The position numbers were made by a program, and so were the translations under genes. The notes under the pieces were generated by a model that saw nothing but the letters and a program-made list of their open reading frames with translations, had not been told where the DNA came from and did not search any database. 64,000 nucleotides of DNA from an uncultured Woeseiaceae bacterium (GTDB taxonomy: Bacteria; Pseudomonadota; Gammaproteobacteria; Steroidobacterales; Woeseiaceae). Shown here piece by piece: positions 37,272 to 46,457 of this stretch. Location: NCBI GenBank assembly GCA_964654975.1, contig CAZZKW010000002.1, positions 34,686 to 98,685 of the forward strand. Direction: 5' to 3'. Position 1 is the first letter of the stretch, and every line of letters starts with the position of its first letter.

Positions 37272-37697
37272 ATGATTCCTCGTACCTGTGTGGCAATTGA
37301 AACTAAGAAATTCCCAATCCTAGATGGAGAGGATGATGAACTGGTTAATGAAGGGATGTATGGAAAAGCGTTATGCTTGTATCTAGAAAAGGAACTTCCC
37401 CTTGTGGGAATTGAAGTGCCTTTTTTTTGCTGCGAAGATTGGGGCTGGTGGATTGAGGTCAAAGACGATGATTTTAGCTTGGGTCTTTGTGTCTATTCAG
37501 ACCCTGGTACAGAAAAATATCCTAAAAAATACGCAGTTATCTCCTCTGTAACAAATGAAAAGAAATGGTCGTGGGAAAAATTTAAGAAAATTGAGATGTC
37601 CCACGGAGTGCTAAAGATAATGGACGCCATAGAAAAAGTGTGTCGCGAAGACAAGGAAATAGAGAATGTATCAAGACATGATGCTTTTCCTTTCTGA
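37272..37697 (+). CDS. Hypothetical small acidic protein (orphan, AT-rich islet)
   Basis: 141 aa. A hand-counted 120-nt sample gives about 40% G+C, against about 55% in a neighbouring core-gene sample. No motif recognised. It is Trp/Glu/Lys-rich and has no signal peptide. Confidence 0.5.
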   Translation: MIPRTCVAIETKKFPILDGEDDELVNEGMYGKALCLYLEKELPLVGIEVPFFCCEDWGWWIEVKDDDFSLGLCVYSDPGTEKYPKKYAVISSVTNEKKWSWEKFKKIEMSHGVLKIMDAIEKVCREDKEIENVSRHDAFPF

Positions 37698-37762
37698 ACA
37701 TATCCACCCAACAATTAGCTCTAGCGGATGCGCCAAACACGCGCGCCGTCGAGCATGGCGTT

Positions 37763-38077
37763 ATGTACTTCCCGATGATAACAGTTAGCGATAAAACCAA
37801 GAGCCGCGTAAAGATATTGTTCGCTGAGGCCGAATGGCAGCGCGTATCGGACTACTTGTTGAGTGAGTGTGGAGACAACTTGCCGCTGGTCGACGATTCG
37901 CGTCTCGAGTTGGCAGAGAGAATCCGTTTTGCTGTCCTAAAGTTATCGAACGGAGATTTCAGGCGGCTCGTGACAGAAACTGAGAACGCTGCAAGGGACT
38001 GGAGAGACACGCTTGTTGCAGCAGGATTCGGCGACGATACAAAAGCTCATTTGGCATGGGCGCCCGCCGTTCGCTAA
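37763..38077 (+). CDS. Hypothetical small protein (orphan)
   Basis: 104 aa, with an alternative Met 4 codons in. No clear RBS and no motif recognised. Confidence 0.4.
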   Translation: MYFPMITVSDKTKSRVKILFAEAEWQRVSDYLLSECGDNLPLVDDSRLELAERIRFAVLKLSNGDFRRLVTETENAARDWRDTLVAAGFGDDTKAHLAWAPAVR

Positions 38078-38443
38078 CGCACATAACCAGTTGGAGCAGC
38101 TGATCGTGAAAAGTAGGCATTCTTTCTTATTTTCTGCGTGCAGCAGCTGCCTAAAGTGTCATGCGTCAATCTAGCCCGCGAATTCTAGTCGGACTAATCG
38201 CAGCCTTTTCGTCGAGGTGGTGGCGATGCAGCGCAGTTAGCCCACGTATCTACGGGGATTCACTTCAGTTTGCAGATGCTATTGGCGGCGAGTTTGAGTT
38301 TGACCTGCAAGACGGGTCGTTTGGCTACACGAAAGCGAGTACCGAGTGCCCTGGCGATTGACACATAATCTGATGACGCAGGCGGGCGCCAAAATTGCCG
38401 CATGCCCTGAGCCCAGGCGGCTGGAGAACGAGGTGAACCACGC

Positions 38444-38800
38444 ATGAGAACGGCTTCTTGCCATTGCGGCGCTGTCCGCATTGAGTTCGCTGGCATGCCG
38501 AAGTCGCTGACGGAATGCAATTGCTCAATTTGTCGCAGGCTCGGAGTACTTTGGGCCTATTACACGCGGCAACAGGTGGATGTTATCTGCTCACCGGACG
38601 CGATATCCGCTTACATTTGGGGCGACAAATGTTTGGAGTTTTATCATTGCAACACTTGCGGTTGCGTGACGCATTACGAAAGCGTTGAAAAGAATGGCGA
38701 TAGTAGAATCGCGGTAAATGCGCGGATCATGCAGCCAGAGGAAATCGAGTCTATTTCAATCAGGAAGTTCGATGGCGCATCAATGGGGTCGGGAACCTAA
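38444..38800 (+). CDS. GFA family protein (CENP-V/glutathione-dependent formaldehyde-activating enzyme fold)
   Basis: 118 aa. The Cys pattern CHCGAV..CNCSIC..CNTCG is typical of GFA. GAGGTG lies 8 nt upstream of the ATG. Confidence 0.8.
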   Translation: MRTASCHCGAVRIEFAGMPKSLTECNCSICRRLGVLWAYYTRQQVDVICSPDAISAYIWGDKCLEFYHCNTCGCVTHYESVEKNGDSRIAVNARIMQPEEIESISIRKFDGASMGSGT

Positions 38801-38821
38801 CATGTTGGGTATCCGCGTGTT

Positions 38822-39850
38822 TTAAACTTCCTTCCCGGCTACGTCATCAACAGCATCCGAGGGCCGGTACTCCAGCCCTCCGTCTGCTGCGATGGCGAAG
38901 TACGCCGCAATGCCTAACTTGTTGGCGAGCGCCATTCCCTCCTCGGGGCCCAGGACGAGCAGCGCCGTCGCGACGGCGTCGGCATACGCGGTCGAGCTGT
39001 GAACCACGGTAACCGCCGAGAGTTTGTGCTGAACGGGGCGCCCCGTTCTCGGGTCAATCGTATGCGAATACGCGTTGCCCTCAAATTCGAAAAAATTCCG
39101 GTAACCACCGGAGGTCGCAAGACCTGAGTCACTGACGTGAATAATCGCAAGATCGTCTTTCGTGTTTCGAGACGGACTTTCAATCGCAATGGCGAAGCGC
39201 CGATTCTCAGCGTTATGGCCGCGGACCTTGATTTCCCCGCCGATCTCGACGAGGAAGTTGCTGAGGCCGGCAGACTCAAGCAACTCAGCAAGCTGATCCA
39301 CCGCGTAGCCCTTCGCCCATCCCGACAGGTCGATCGTCATTGCCGCCACAGGTTTTCGCAACGCCCCAAGCTCGCAGTCGATCCCGAGCTTCGAGTAACC
39401 GACGTAGTTACGGGCAGTCTCGACATCGCGGCCTGACGGTGGCTCATTCCTCATCGGTCCCGGCCCGAATCCCCACAGGTCTACCAGCGGCCCAACGGTG
39501 ATATCGAATGCACCGCCGGTCTCCCGTCCAATCTTCGCTGCCGCCGAAACCATGGCACACAGTTCTTTTGACACGGCGATCCAGTCGGTGGACACACTGA
39601 TATTGAACTTGCTGATCTCGGACGAGTCCCGATACGTTGAAGCGAGCGCCTCGATCTGATCCAGTCGTTGCTGAATCTTGGATCGTAGCGTGTCCAGCGA
39701 CAGCTCGGGGGCCGGGTTGACAACAATCACGCTGAAAGTCGTTCCCATGGAGTGACCGCTCAACGTCATCGTCGGGTCGGGCGTGTCGCCGCAAGCGACA
39801 AGAAACGCCATGGATAGAAAAATAAGGCTGACGGGTGACCGGGTTGTCAT
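38822..39850 (-). CDS. apbE: FAD:protein FMN transferase (ApbE lipoprotein)
   Basis: 342 aa. Lipobox FLVACG. Contains GAFDITVGPL, DLSGWAKGYAVD, TSGGYRN, HTIDPRTGRP and ADAVATA. Confidence 0.9.
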   Translation of the reverse strand: MTTRSPVSLIFLSMAFLVACGDTPDPTMTLSGHSMGTTFSVIVVNPAPELSLDTLRSKIQQRLDQIEALASTYRDSSEISKFNISVSTDWIAVSKELCAMVSAAAKIGRETGGAFDITVGPLVDLWGFGPGPMRNEPPSGRDVETARNYVGYSKLGIDCELGALRKPVAAMTIDLSGWAKGYAVDQLAELLESAGLSNFLVEIGGEIKVRGHNAENRRFAIAIESPSRNTKDDLAIIHVSDSGLATSGGYRNFFEFEGNAYSHTIDPRTGRPVQHKLSAVTVVHSSTAYADAVATALLVLGPEEGMALANKLGIAAYFAIAADGGLEYRPSDAVDDVAGKEV

Positions 39851-39976
39851 GGCGCGAGTATCTCAGTTGGTTTGTCGGAGCGCCAAGTTCGATCGATCAA
39901 TCGTGCGAAGAACGTTCGGTATTTGTAGAATTTAGCTACAATTGAAACCAAGTTTCGGGGTGGGGAATAAAACGTT

Positions 39977-42133
39977 ATGAATAACAAAGCTCTAGCAGTA
40001 TTGCTGCTCTCAGGGTCGCTTCTGGCCGCGTGTGGTGGTGACGATAATGAGGAACGGTCGGCGACGCAGGTGTCGGCCGAAGAAATTGCGGTCACCGAGG
40101 CCGAACTGGCGGGCAATCCCTTCATGGATGAATGGGACACGCCGTACGGCGTGCCGCCGTTTGCTGATATCAAGGCAGCTCATTATATGCCTGCCATGAA
40201 AAAAGGCATCCTGGAGTTGCGTGCGGAGATCGCTGACATCGTCGAGAACCCGGATGCGCCGACGTTCGATAATACGATTCTGGCACTGGAGATCGCGGGT
40301 AAATTGGTGTCCCAGGTCTCGGCGACGTTCTTCAACGTTGCCTCGACTGAGCTGAACGACGAATTACAAGTGCTACGAACGCAGTTGTCGCCAATGTTGA
40401 CGCGGGAGCGCGACGCGATCAGGTTGAACGATCGTTTGTTCGCTCGTGTGCAATCGGTCTATGAGCAAAAGGACGAGCTTGGACTGAACGAGCAGGACGC
40501 ACGGCTTCTTGAGCTACGTCATCGCAACTTTGTTCGTGCCGGCGCGGCGCTGGATGCAGACATCAGGCAACAGGTCGCGGATCTAAACGCAGAGCTTTCC
40601 AGTCTGACGACGCAGTTCGGGTTAAACTTGCTGGCGGCGACGAAAGGTTTCAAGCTGGAAATACGTGATGAGGCGCAGATGGCGGGTCTCAGCGAAAACT
40701 ACAAAGCGTCGGTGTGGGATGAGGAGGCAGGCGCCTGGGTAATCGGCCTGAACCGTTCGGCCTACGAGACTTTCATGACGCAGTCCGAGGTTCGTGAACT
40801 GCGCGAAAGACTGTTCGATGCTTACCGACTGCGAGCCTCTGCAGGCGAAAACGACAACGGACCGTTGGCGATCAAAGTTGCCCAGTTGCGTGCACAGCGT
40901 GCAGAACTCCTGGGTTACGCATCACACGCCCACTACCAGCTAGAAATGCGTATGGCGAAGGCTCCGGTGGCTGCGGAGGATTTCTTGTTGCGGGTCTGGC
41001 GTCCGGGACTTGCGCGCGCGAAGACGGAGCTTGCCGATATGCAGGCGATGGTCGCAGATGAGTTCAAAATAGCCGGGCACGACTGGTGGCATTACGCTGA
41101 AAAGGTTCGCAAGGCTCGTTTCGATCTCAACGAAACCGAGTTGATGCCGTATTTCAGCCTAGATGAGGTGCGTTCAGGTGCGTTCGAGATGGCCACGCGT
41201 TTGTTCGGAGTGACTTTCGAGCCGGTTGACGTCGTTGCTTGGAATCCGGTTGTGCGCTCTTACGACGTAAAAGACGATGATGGCAGTCACCTGGGTCTTC
41301 TGATGATGGACATGCACGCCCGCGAGTCAAAACGCGGTGGTGCGTGGATGAACAGCTATCGCGCCGCTTCGAATATTAACGGTGAGGTCATTCGACCGAT
41401 TATTACCAACAACCTGAATTTGTCGACACCGCCGGACGGCGAACCGACGCTGATGCGTTTTTCAGAAGTGGAAACGCTGTTTCACGAATTCGGTCACGGG
41501 TTGCACGGGTTGCTGACGAAGATTATCTATCCGACGTTCTCCGGTGTCGATGGTCCGCGTGACTACACCGAGTTCCCGGCGCAGATACTCGAGCATTGGG
41601 CGTCAGAACCCGAAATGCTGGCGGTGTTTGCACGTCACTACGAATCCGGCGACGTGATCCCCGAAGACCTGGTCGAACGCATGCGCGTTGCATCGAATTT
41701 TAACAATGGTTTCTCGACGACTGAATACATCGCCGCGTCGCTACTCGACTTACGCTGGCACATGCTGAGCGTCGAAGAGGCGGCGAAAATCACCGATGCC
41801 CGCGCCTTTGAGCAGGAGGTATTGCGTGGCTATGGCTTGATTGATGAGATCGAGCCGCGTTACCGCTCGCAATACTTCAGCCATATATTTGCCGGCGGAT
41901 ACTCAGCCGGTTACTACGCTTACCTGTGGTCGGAAATTCTTGACGCGGACGGTTTCGCGGCGTTCAAGCAGGCCGAGAATATCTTCGATCCCGAAACGGC
42001 GGCGCGTCTCAAGAAGTGGGTGTATCAATCGGGTGGGCTTCTCGAAGCGGATGAGTTGTACCGCAATTTTCGCGGCCAGGACCCGAGCATCGAACCCTTG
42101 CTGGAAGGACGCGGTTTCGAAGTTACGGAATAA
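39977..42133 (+). CDS. dcp: M3 family peptidyl-dipeptidase (Dcp-like), lipoprotein
   Basis: 718 aa. Lipobox LLAACGG. Zinc site FHEFGHGLH, and the downstream EFPAQILE segment (second zinc-ligand Glu region). Confidence 0.85.
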   Translation: MNNKALAVLLLSGSLLAACGGDDNEERSATQVSAEEIAVTEAELAGNPFMDEWDTPYGVPPFADIKAAHYMPAMKKGILELRAEIADIVENPDAPTFDNTILALEIAGKLVSQVSATFFNVASTELNDELQVLRTQLSPMLTRERDAIRLNDRLFARVQSVYEQKDELGLNEQDARLLELRHRNFVRAGAALDADIRQQVADLNAELSSLTTQFGLNLLAATKGFKLEIRDEAQMAGLSENYKASVWDEEAGAWVIGLNRSAYETFMTQSEVRELRERLFDAYRLRASAGENDNGPLAIKVAQLRAQRAELLGYASHAHYQLEMRMAKAPVAAEDFLLRVWRPGLARAKTELADMQAMVADEFKIAGHDWWHYAEKVRKARFDLNETELMPYFSLDEVRSGAFEMATRLFGVTFEPVDVVAWNPVVRSYDVKDDDGSHLGLLMMDMHARESKRGGAWMNSYRAASNINGEVIRPIITNNLNLSTPPDGEPTLMRFSEVETLFHEFGHGLHGLLTKIIYPTFSGVDGPRDYTEFPAQILEHWASEPEMLAVFARHYESGDVIPEDLVERMRVASNFNNGFSTTEYIAASLLDLRWHMLSVEEAAKITDARAFEQEVLRGYGLIDEIEPRYRSQYFSHIFAGGYSAGYYAYLWSEILDADGFAAFKQAENIFDPETAARLKKWVYQSGGLLEADELYRNFRGQDPSIEPLLEGRGFEVTE

Positions 42134-42914
42134 GTCGACCGACCGCCCACCAAAGACCGATCAGCCCGATGAGCGCTGAACCCGGCAGTACGACAAAGCG
42201 TCGATACTGCCGGGTACCGTCGGCATCGTTCAAAGTGCGTCGCAACATCAAGCCAAGTCCGGCTGCCGCCGCGATGACGCCGAGCTGACCGATCTCAACT
42301 CCGATGTTAAAGCCGACCAACGCGCTCCAGAACTGACCGGGTGGCAGCCCCAGTTCGCCGAAAAAACCGGCGAAACCCATGCCGTGGATCAGACCGAAGC
42401 CAAACACCACCGCGGGGCGCCACTTCGTCATGTCCCTGAAAATCAGGTTTTCCAGCGCGACAAAAGCGATAGTCAGTGCGATCAACGGTTCCACAACTGC
42501 CGCCGATGGCGTGAGAGCACCGCTCGCGGCCACCGCGAGTGTCACTGTGTGCGCCACCGTAAACGCCGATATCTGGATGACCAGCGCACGCAGGTGTACC
42601 GACGCGAGGAACACGGCAAGAACGAACAATATGTGATCGAGACCGCCGGGCAGGATGTGGCGCACGCCGATGGACAGGTAAAGTGCGGCTGTTGCCCACT
42701 TGCCGCGTTCTTCGCCGGATGCGTCCATCACGGCCGGTAGTCCGGAAAACCGCACATCGCTGTCTTTGCTGTCGAGTGAGGCCAACGCGGCGCACAGGGC
42801 AGGGTCCAGGCTGTCGTCGCCGGGTACGCAAAAGTCGTCCTCGGGATGGCCGTACGCGAGCGATGCACCGAAGAGAGTGAGCATCAGGATCGCCGGTCGT
42901 AAGAACTTGCGCAT
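42123..42914 (-). CDS. HupE/UreJ family membrane protein
   Basis: 263 aa with a signal peptide. Contains GVRHILPGGLDHILFVL and GLIHGMGFAG, with multiple TM helices. Confidence 0.75.
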   Translation of the reverse strand: MRKFLRPAILMLTLFGASLAYGHPEDDFCVPGDDSLDPALCAALASLDSKDSDVRFSGLPAVMDASGEERGKWATAALYLSIGVRHILPGGLDHILFVLAVFLASVHLRALVIQISAFTVAHTVTLAVAASGALTPSAAVVEPLIALTIAFVALENLIFRDMTKWRPAVVFGFGLIHGMGFAGFFGELGLPPGQFWSALVGFNIGVEIGQLGVIAAAAGLGLMLRRTLNDADGTRQYRRFVVLPGSALIGLIGLWWAVGRLIP

Positions 42915-43042
42915 GGCTTACACTTGAGTGTCAGAGGAGGCGATGTTCGCATAATTTTGACGCTGTATCGCGACAACGATGTTCTTCAATATCGATTGTT
43001 AGTCGGCCGATGGTCTGTGTGGCGTAGTGTTAGTATCCGGCC

Positions 43043-44221
43043 ATGAATCCGGCTCTGAAATTTGCCCCGCTACTCATGGCGCTGGCTGCGTGGCCGGCGT
43101 ACGGTGATTCTCAAACCGCAACGGCGGCCGCCGACGCGGAGCATTTCGGAGCACCGGAAGATCAGCTGTTTTGGGATTTCGAGCAGAAAGTCGCTGGCTT
43201 TCGCAACATGGACAAAATAATGCCTACCCGGGTTATTCTCGCCGGCGACGATCCCTTTCCGTTGCCGAGAGACGAGGTGGAACTGGGTAGTGTGGAATTC
43301 ACGTTCGAAGACAGGACCTGGACGGTTGACGAGTATGTGGACGAGCAAAAAGTCGCCGGACTGATTCTGGTCAAAGACGGTTTTATCGTCTACGAGCAGT
43401 ACGCGCTTGGCAATACTGAAGAGTCTCGTTGGGTGTCATACTCGGTCGCAAAATCGGTGACCTCGTTGTTGGTCGGCGCGGCGATTCGCGACGGCTACAT
43501 CGACAACGTCGATGAAACGGTTACCACTTACCTTCCAAGACTCAAAGGTTCGCCGTACGAGCAAACGAGTCTACGTAGTCTCTTGCACATGGCGTCCGGT
43601 GTCGAATGGAATGAGGACTACGCGGACCCGGAGTCCGACCTCAACAGTATGTCGTGGGCGACGCTTGCGAGCTACGACTACTTACTCAAGAAGGCGCGCG
43701 CCGCCCGGCCGGGAGACGTCTTTAATTACAATACGGCAGAAACAAATCTGGTGGGCAATGTCGTTCGCTCGGCCGTTGGCAACAATCTGTCAACCTATTT
43801 GTCGGAGAAAATCTGGAAGCCCTTTGGAATGGAGCGCAACGCCTACTGGGTATTGACCGAGCCCGGAGGTGGTGAGTTCGGCGGTGCCAGTATCAACGCG
43901 ACCCTGCGTGACTACGCGAGAATAGGGCTTTTCGCGTCGCGTGCGGGTGTCTTGCGCGACGGCACAAAAACGTTACCGGACGATTGGATGGTCGAATCGA
44001 CGACGCCGTCCAAAGGCCACCCGGGTTATGGCTATTTGTGGTGGCTGAGCGGCGACGGTGCGTACGCCGCGAGCGGGATATTTGGTCAACAGATATACGT
44101 AGACCCCAAAAACAACGTCGTTGTCGCTCAGCACAGTGCCCGTGACAACGCCAGTAACGAAAGGGATACGCAGTTCACGTTCGCGGCGATAGCAGCACTT
44201 GTCGATGCGACTGCAAACTAG
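43043..44221 (+). CDS. Secreted beta-lactamase-fold serine hydrolase
   Basis: 392 aa with a signal peptide. SxxK occurs as YSVAKSV and YxN as FNYNTAE. The class C/DD-peptidase-like fold is inferred. Confidence 0.75.
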   Translation: MNPALKFAPLLMALAAWPAYGDSQTATAAADAEHFGAPEDQLFWDFEQKVAGFRNMDKIMPTRVILAGDDPFPLPRDEVELGSVEFTFEDRTWTVDEYVDEQKVAGLILVKDGFIVYEQYALGNTEESRWVSYSVAKSVTSLLVGAAIRDGYIDNVDETVTTYLPRLKGSPYEQTSLRSLLHMASGVEWNEDYADPESDLNSMSWATLASYDYLLKKARAARPGDVFNYNTAETNLVGNVVRSAVGNNLSTYLSEKIWKPFGMERNAYWVLTEPGGGEFGGASINATLRDYARIGLFASRAGVLRDGTKTLPDDWMVESTTPSKGHPGYGYLWWLSGDGAYAASGIFGQQIYVDPKNNVVVAQHSARDNASNERDTQFTFAAIAALVDATAN

Positions 44222-44231
44222 GGAGATCATC

Positions 44232-45452
44232 ATGAAGACTCTGTCATTGATACTGTTGTTACCGCTTTGTGCTCTTGCAGATTCAGTCGAGCCGATTGAT
44301 GCGGTTGAGAATAATGTAAATGTGCGTATGTCACCGGATGCGGCGTCTGAGATTGTCGGTAAGCTTGACCAGGGCTTATCTGCAGAGTTGGTGGAGTCTA
44401 TTGAGGGCTGGCACGAGATCGCCTTGGTAGGCGGTGGGACGGGCTACATCAGCGCAGACTGGACACGGCTCGTTACTGCGCAAGACATAGCGGCCGAGAC
44501 AGTCGTTGAGGAGATCGTTGAGGAGATCGTTGAGGACGTTGTTGAAACCGAAGTTGCCGAGGACATTGTTGAGGATCTCGCCGGGGAAGAGGTGGCGCAG
44601 TTTGAAGATGTTGTGGAAGAAGCGGTAGTTCCGGAAGCTGTTGAAGAAACGGTTGCCGAGGAGCCTGTTAAAGAGGTAGTCGTTCAGGAATCCGTTGAGG
44701 AGGCGGTTGTTGAAGAAATCACCGGCCCGGTGGAAGAACAAGTCGTCGAAGTCGTCGAGGAAGCAGTTGCGCCACCAGTGGTGCCAGAAATAGTTGCGGC
44801 GCCGCTCGTACTCAAAGGCGCGAAAAACTACCTCGTGAAGTTCCGCGGCGAAACGCTTGGCGGCAATTCGCAGATTTACGATAACGGCAATCAGATCGGT
44901 ATTGGCACGACCGAGCCAAAGCAGCGTCTGGAAGTGAACGGCAGTATTCAGATCCACGAGCAAAACAGCAGCGTTGCGGGATTGATGATCACGCAGTCGT
45001 CCGGTGACACGGGTTATATCATGCACAATCGCGCCAGTACGTTGACTATAGGTGCAGGCTCTCAGGACCGGATCACGATTGACCGCGACGGCAATGTTGG
45101 ATTCGCAGTATCGCGCCCTGATCACCCTTTGGAAATGGTCAGCGGCGCCCATGTCACAGCTGGTGGTGCATGGACGAACAGTTCTTCGCGTGACATGAAA
45201 GAAAATATCGAATCACTTTCCGCGGGGCAGGCGACCGTTGCCCTGATGGCACTCGAACCCGTCGTTTTCAACTACCGGGCGGAGAAAGGTGAGGACTACG
45301 TAGGGTTTATAGCCGAAGATGTGCCGGATCTGGTTGCCACTGGCAAGCGTGATGCGCTTGGTAGCATGGACATTGTCGCCGTTTTGACGCGAGTTGTTCA
45401 GGAGCAGCAGCGGAAAATAGAAGAGCTGGAGGCTCGACTCGACGCCCAGTAG
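44232..45452 (+). CDS. Secreted SH3b domain / Glu-Val-rich linker / tail-fibre-like protein with C-terminal S74 intramolecular chaperone domain
   Basis: ORF 44199..45452. I prefer the ATG at 44232 after GGGAG (MKTLSLILLLPLCALA, a signal peptide). Residues ~22-82 are SH3_3-like (VNVRMSPDAASEIVGKL..GWHEIAL..GYISADW). Residues 89-190 are E/V-rich. GNQIGIGTTEPKQRLEVNG is fibre-like. SSRDMKENIESL..VVFNY..GFIAEDV.. followed by a coiled coil matches the S74 chaperone-of-endosialidase pattern. Confidence 0.75.
   Translation: MKTLSLILLLPLCALADSVEPIDAVENNVNVRMSPDAASEIVGKLDQGLSAELVESIEGWHEIALVGGGTGYISADWTRLVTAQDIAAETVVEEIVEEIVEDVVETEVAEDIVEDLAGEEVAQFEDVVEEAVVPEAVEETVAEEPVKEVVVQESVEEAVVEEITGPVEEQVVEVVEEAVAPPVVPEIVAAPLVLKGAKNYLVKFRGETLGGNSQIYDNGNQIGIGTTEPKQRLEVNGSIQIHEQNSSVAGLMITQSSGDTGYIMHNRASTLTIGAGSQDRITIDRDGNVGFAVSRPDHPLEMVSGAHVTAGGAWTNSSSRDMKENIESLSAGQATVALMALEPVVFNYRAEKGEDYVGFIAEDVPDLVATGKRDALGSMDIVAVLTRVVQEQQRKIEELEARLDAQ
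44505..44540 (+). repeat. In-frame 12-bp tandem repeat (gttgaggagatc x2 plus a degenerate third copy) inside the Glu-Val-rich segment
   Basis: Read directly: 44505-44516 and 44517-44528 are identical, and 44529-44540 is gttgaggacgtt. Related GTTGAAGA/GTTGAGGA units continue to about 44800. Confidence 0.85.
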
Positions 45453-45518
45453 GCCGGTGTGGTTCCGGTATTCTCCCGGCTTCGCGGATATTTACCCAAA
45501 ATAGAAAAGGTACACCTT

Positions 45519-46073
45519 ATGTCCTTCTTCCCATCCATTCCTGATCTTGAGTTGATCGGCCTTTTCAAGCGTTTTTCATCAAAAGGGATTCGTCCGCTGC
45601 TGGAGTACCATGATGAAATTCTTCGCAGCCCGTCAGAGCTGTCCGAGGGAGAACGTGAGCTCATCGCGGCCTATGTCTCATCGCTAAACGACTGTCACTA
45701 CTGTTTTCATGCGCACCGGGATCATGCGAAAGCCTGGGGAATCGATGCGGCCGTTTTCGGTGATATGACGATCGACGTCGAGCACGCGTCTTTGCCCTCG
45801 AAGCTAAAACCGGTGCTCGATTACGTGCGTCGGCTGACAACAGACCCTGCCAACGTGGCCGAGACCGACGTTCAGCCAATCTACGAGGCAGGGTATTCGG
45901 AAGATGCTCTGTTCGATATTATTTCAGTGACGGCGCTTTATAATTTCATGAACCGAATTCTCGAAGGCTCCGGTATTAAGAAGCATGTTCGTGTGCTGGA
46001 CATGAGCGACGAAATGCGCCGTAAGCATCGGTACAAGAATCTGTGGAAGATGATCGCCCCGCCCAGCACCTAA
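45519..46073 (+). CDS. AhpD-like / carboxymuconolactone decarboxylase family peroxidase-related protein
   Basis: ORF 45459..46073. I prefer the ATG at 45519 (MSFFPSIPD). Contains ERELIAAYVSSLNDCHYCFHAH (CxxC in the AhpD-like context). Confidence 0.7.
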   Translation: MSFFPSIPDLELIGLFKRFSSKGIRPLLEYHDEILRSPSELSEGERELIAAYVSSLNDCHYCFHAHRDHAKAWGIDAAVFGDMTIDVEHASLPSKLKPVLDYVRRLTTDPANVAETDVQPIYEAGYSEDALFDIISVTALYNFMNRILEGSGIKKHVRVLDMSDEMRRKHRYKNLWKMIAPPST

Positions 46074-46236
46074 ATTGGTGTTTAGTGTGCTGCTCGTCCC
46101 CAAAGGTTCTCAACAATTTCTTGATTCTCACTACTCACATTATCCCAATACACAACCGTGTGTGGGCATCCAGATGACTTCTGGGCGAAATCTTCCGCTA
46201 TAATCGCTCGCTGCTGTTTTAGTCTCGGAGGTTTCA

Positions 46237-46446
46237 TTGGAAACAGGTCTTTTGGATCAGGGCATTACGTTGATGCTGGTGGGTATGGGCACAGTGTTTG
46301 TGTTTCTGACGCTACTGGTACTCGCAATGTCGACCATGTCGGCTATTGCGATGCGTTTCAACTCAGCGATACCTAACGATGACATCGGCGAAGAAGAAAT
46401 TGCCGCGATCAGTGCTGCGATCATGCAGCATCGGCGGCGACAGTGA
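46237..46446 (+). CDS. oadG: Oxaloacetate decarboxylase (Na+ pump) gamma subunit
   Basis: 69 aa with a TTG start 5 nt after GGAGG. It has a single TM helix, [21 protein letters not shown]. Confidence 0.75.
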   Translation: METGLLDQGITLMLVGMGTVFVFLTLLVLAMSTMSAIAMRFNSAIPNDDIGEEEIAAISAAIMQHRRRQ

Positions 46447-46457
46447 CCGGCGCCGAT

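Noticed and set aside
38260-38400. Possible helix-turn-helix remnant (..SIARALGTRFRVAKRP..) on the minus strand, suggesting a decayed recombinase or transposase
   Set aside because: The resemblance is limited to about 8 residues. There are no catalytic motifs, terminal inverted repeats or continuation in other frames. It is kept only as part of the islet 2 description.
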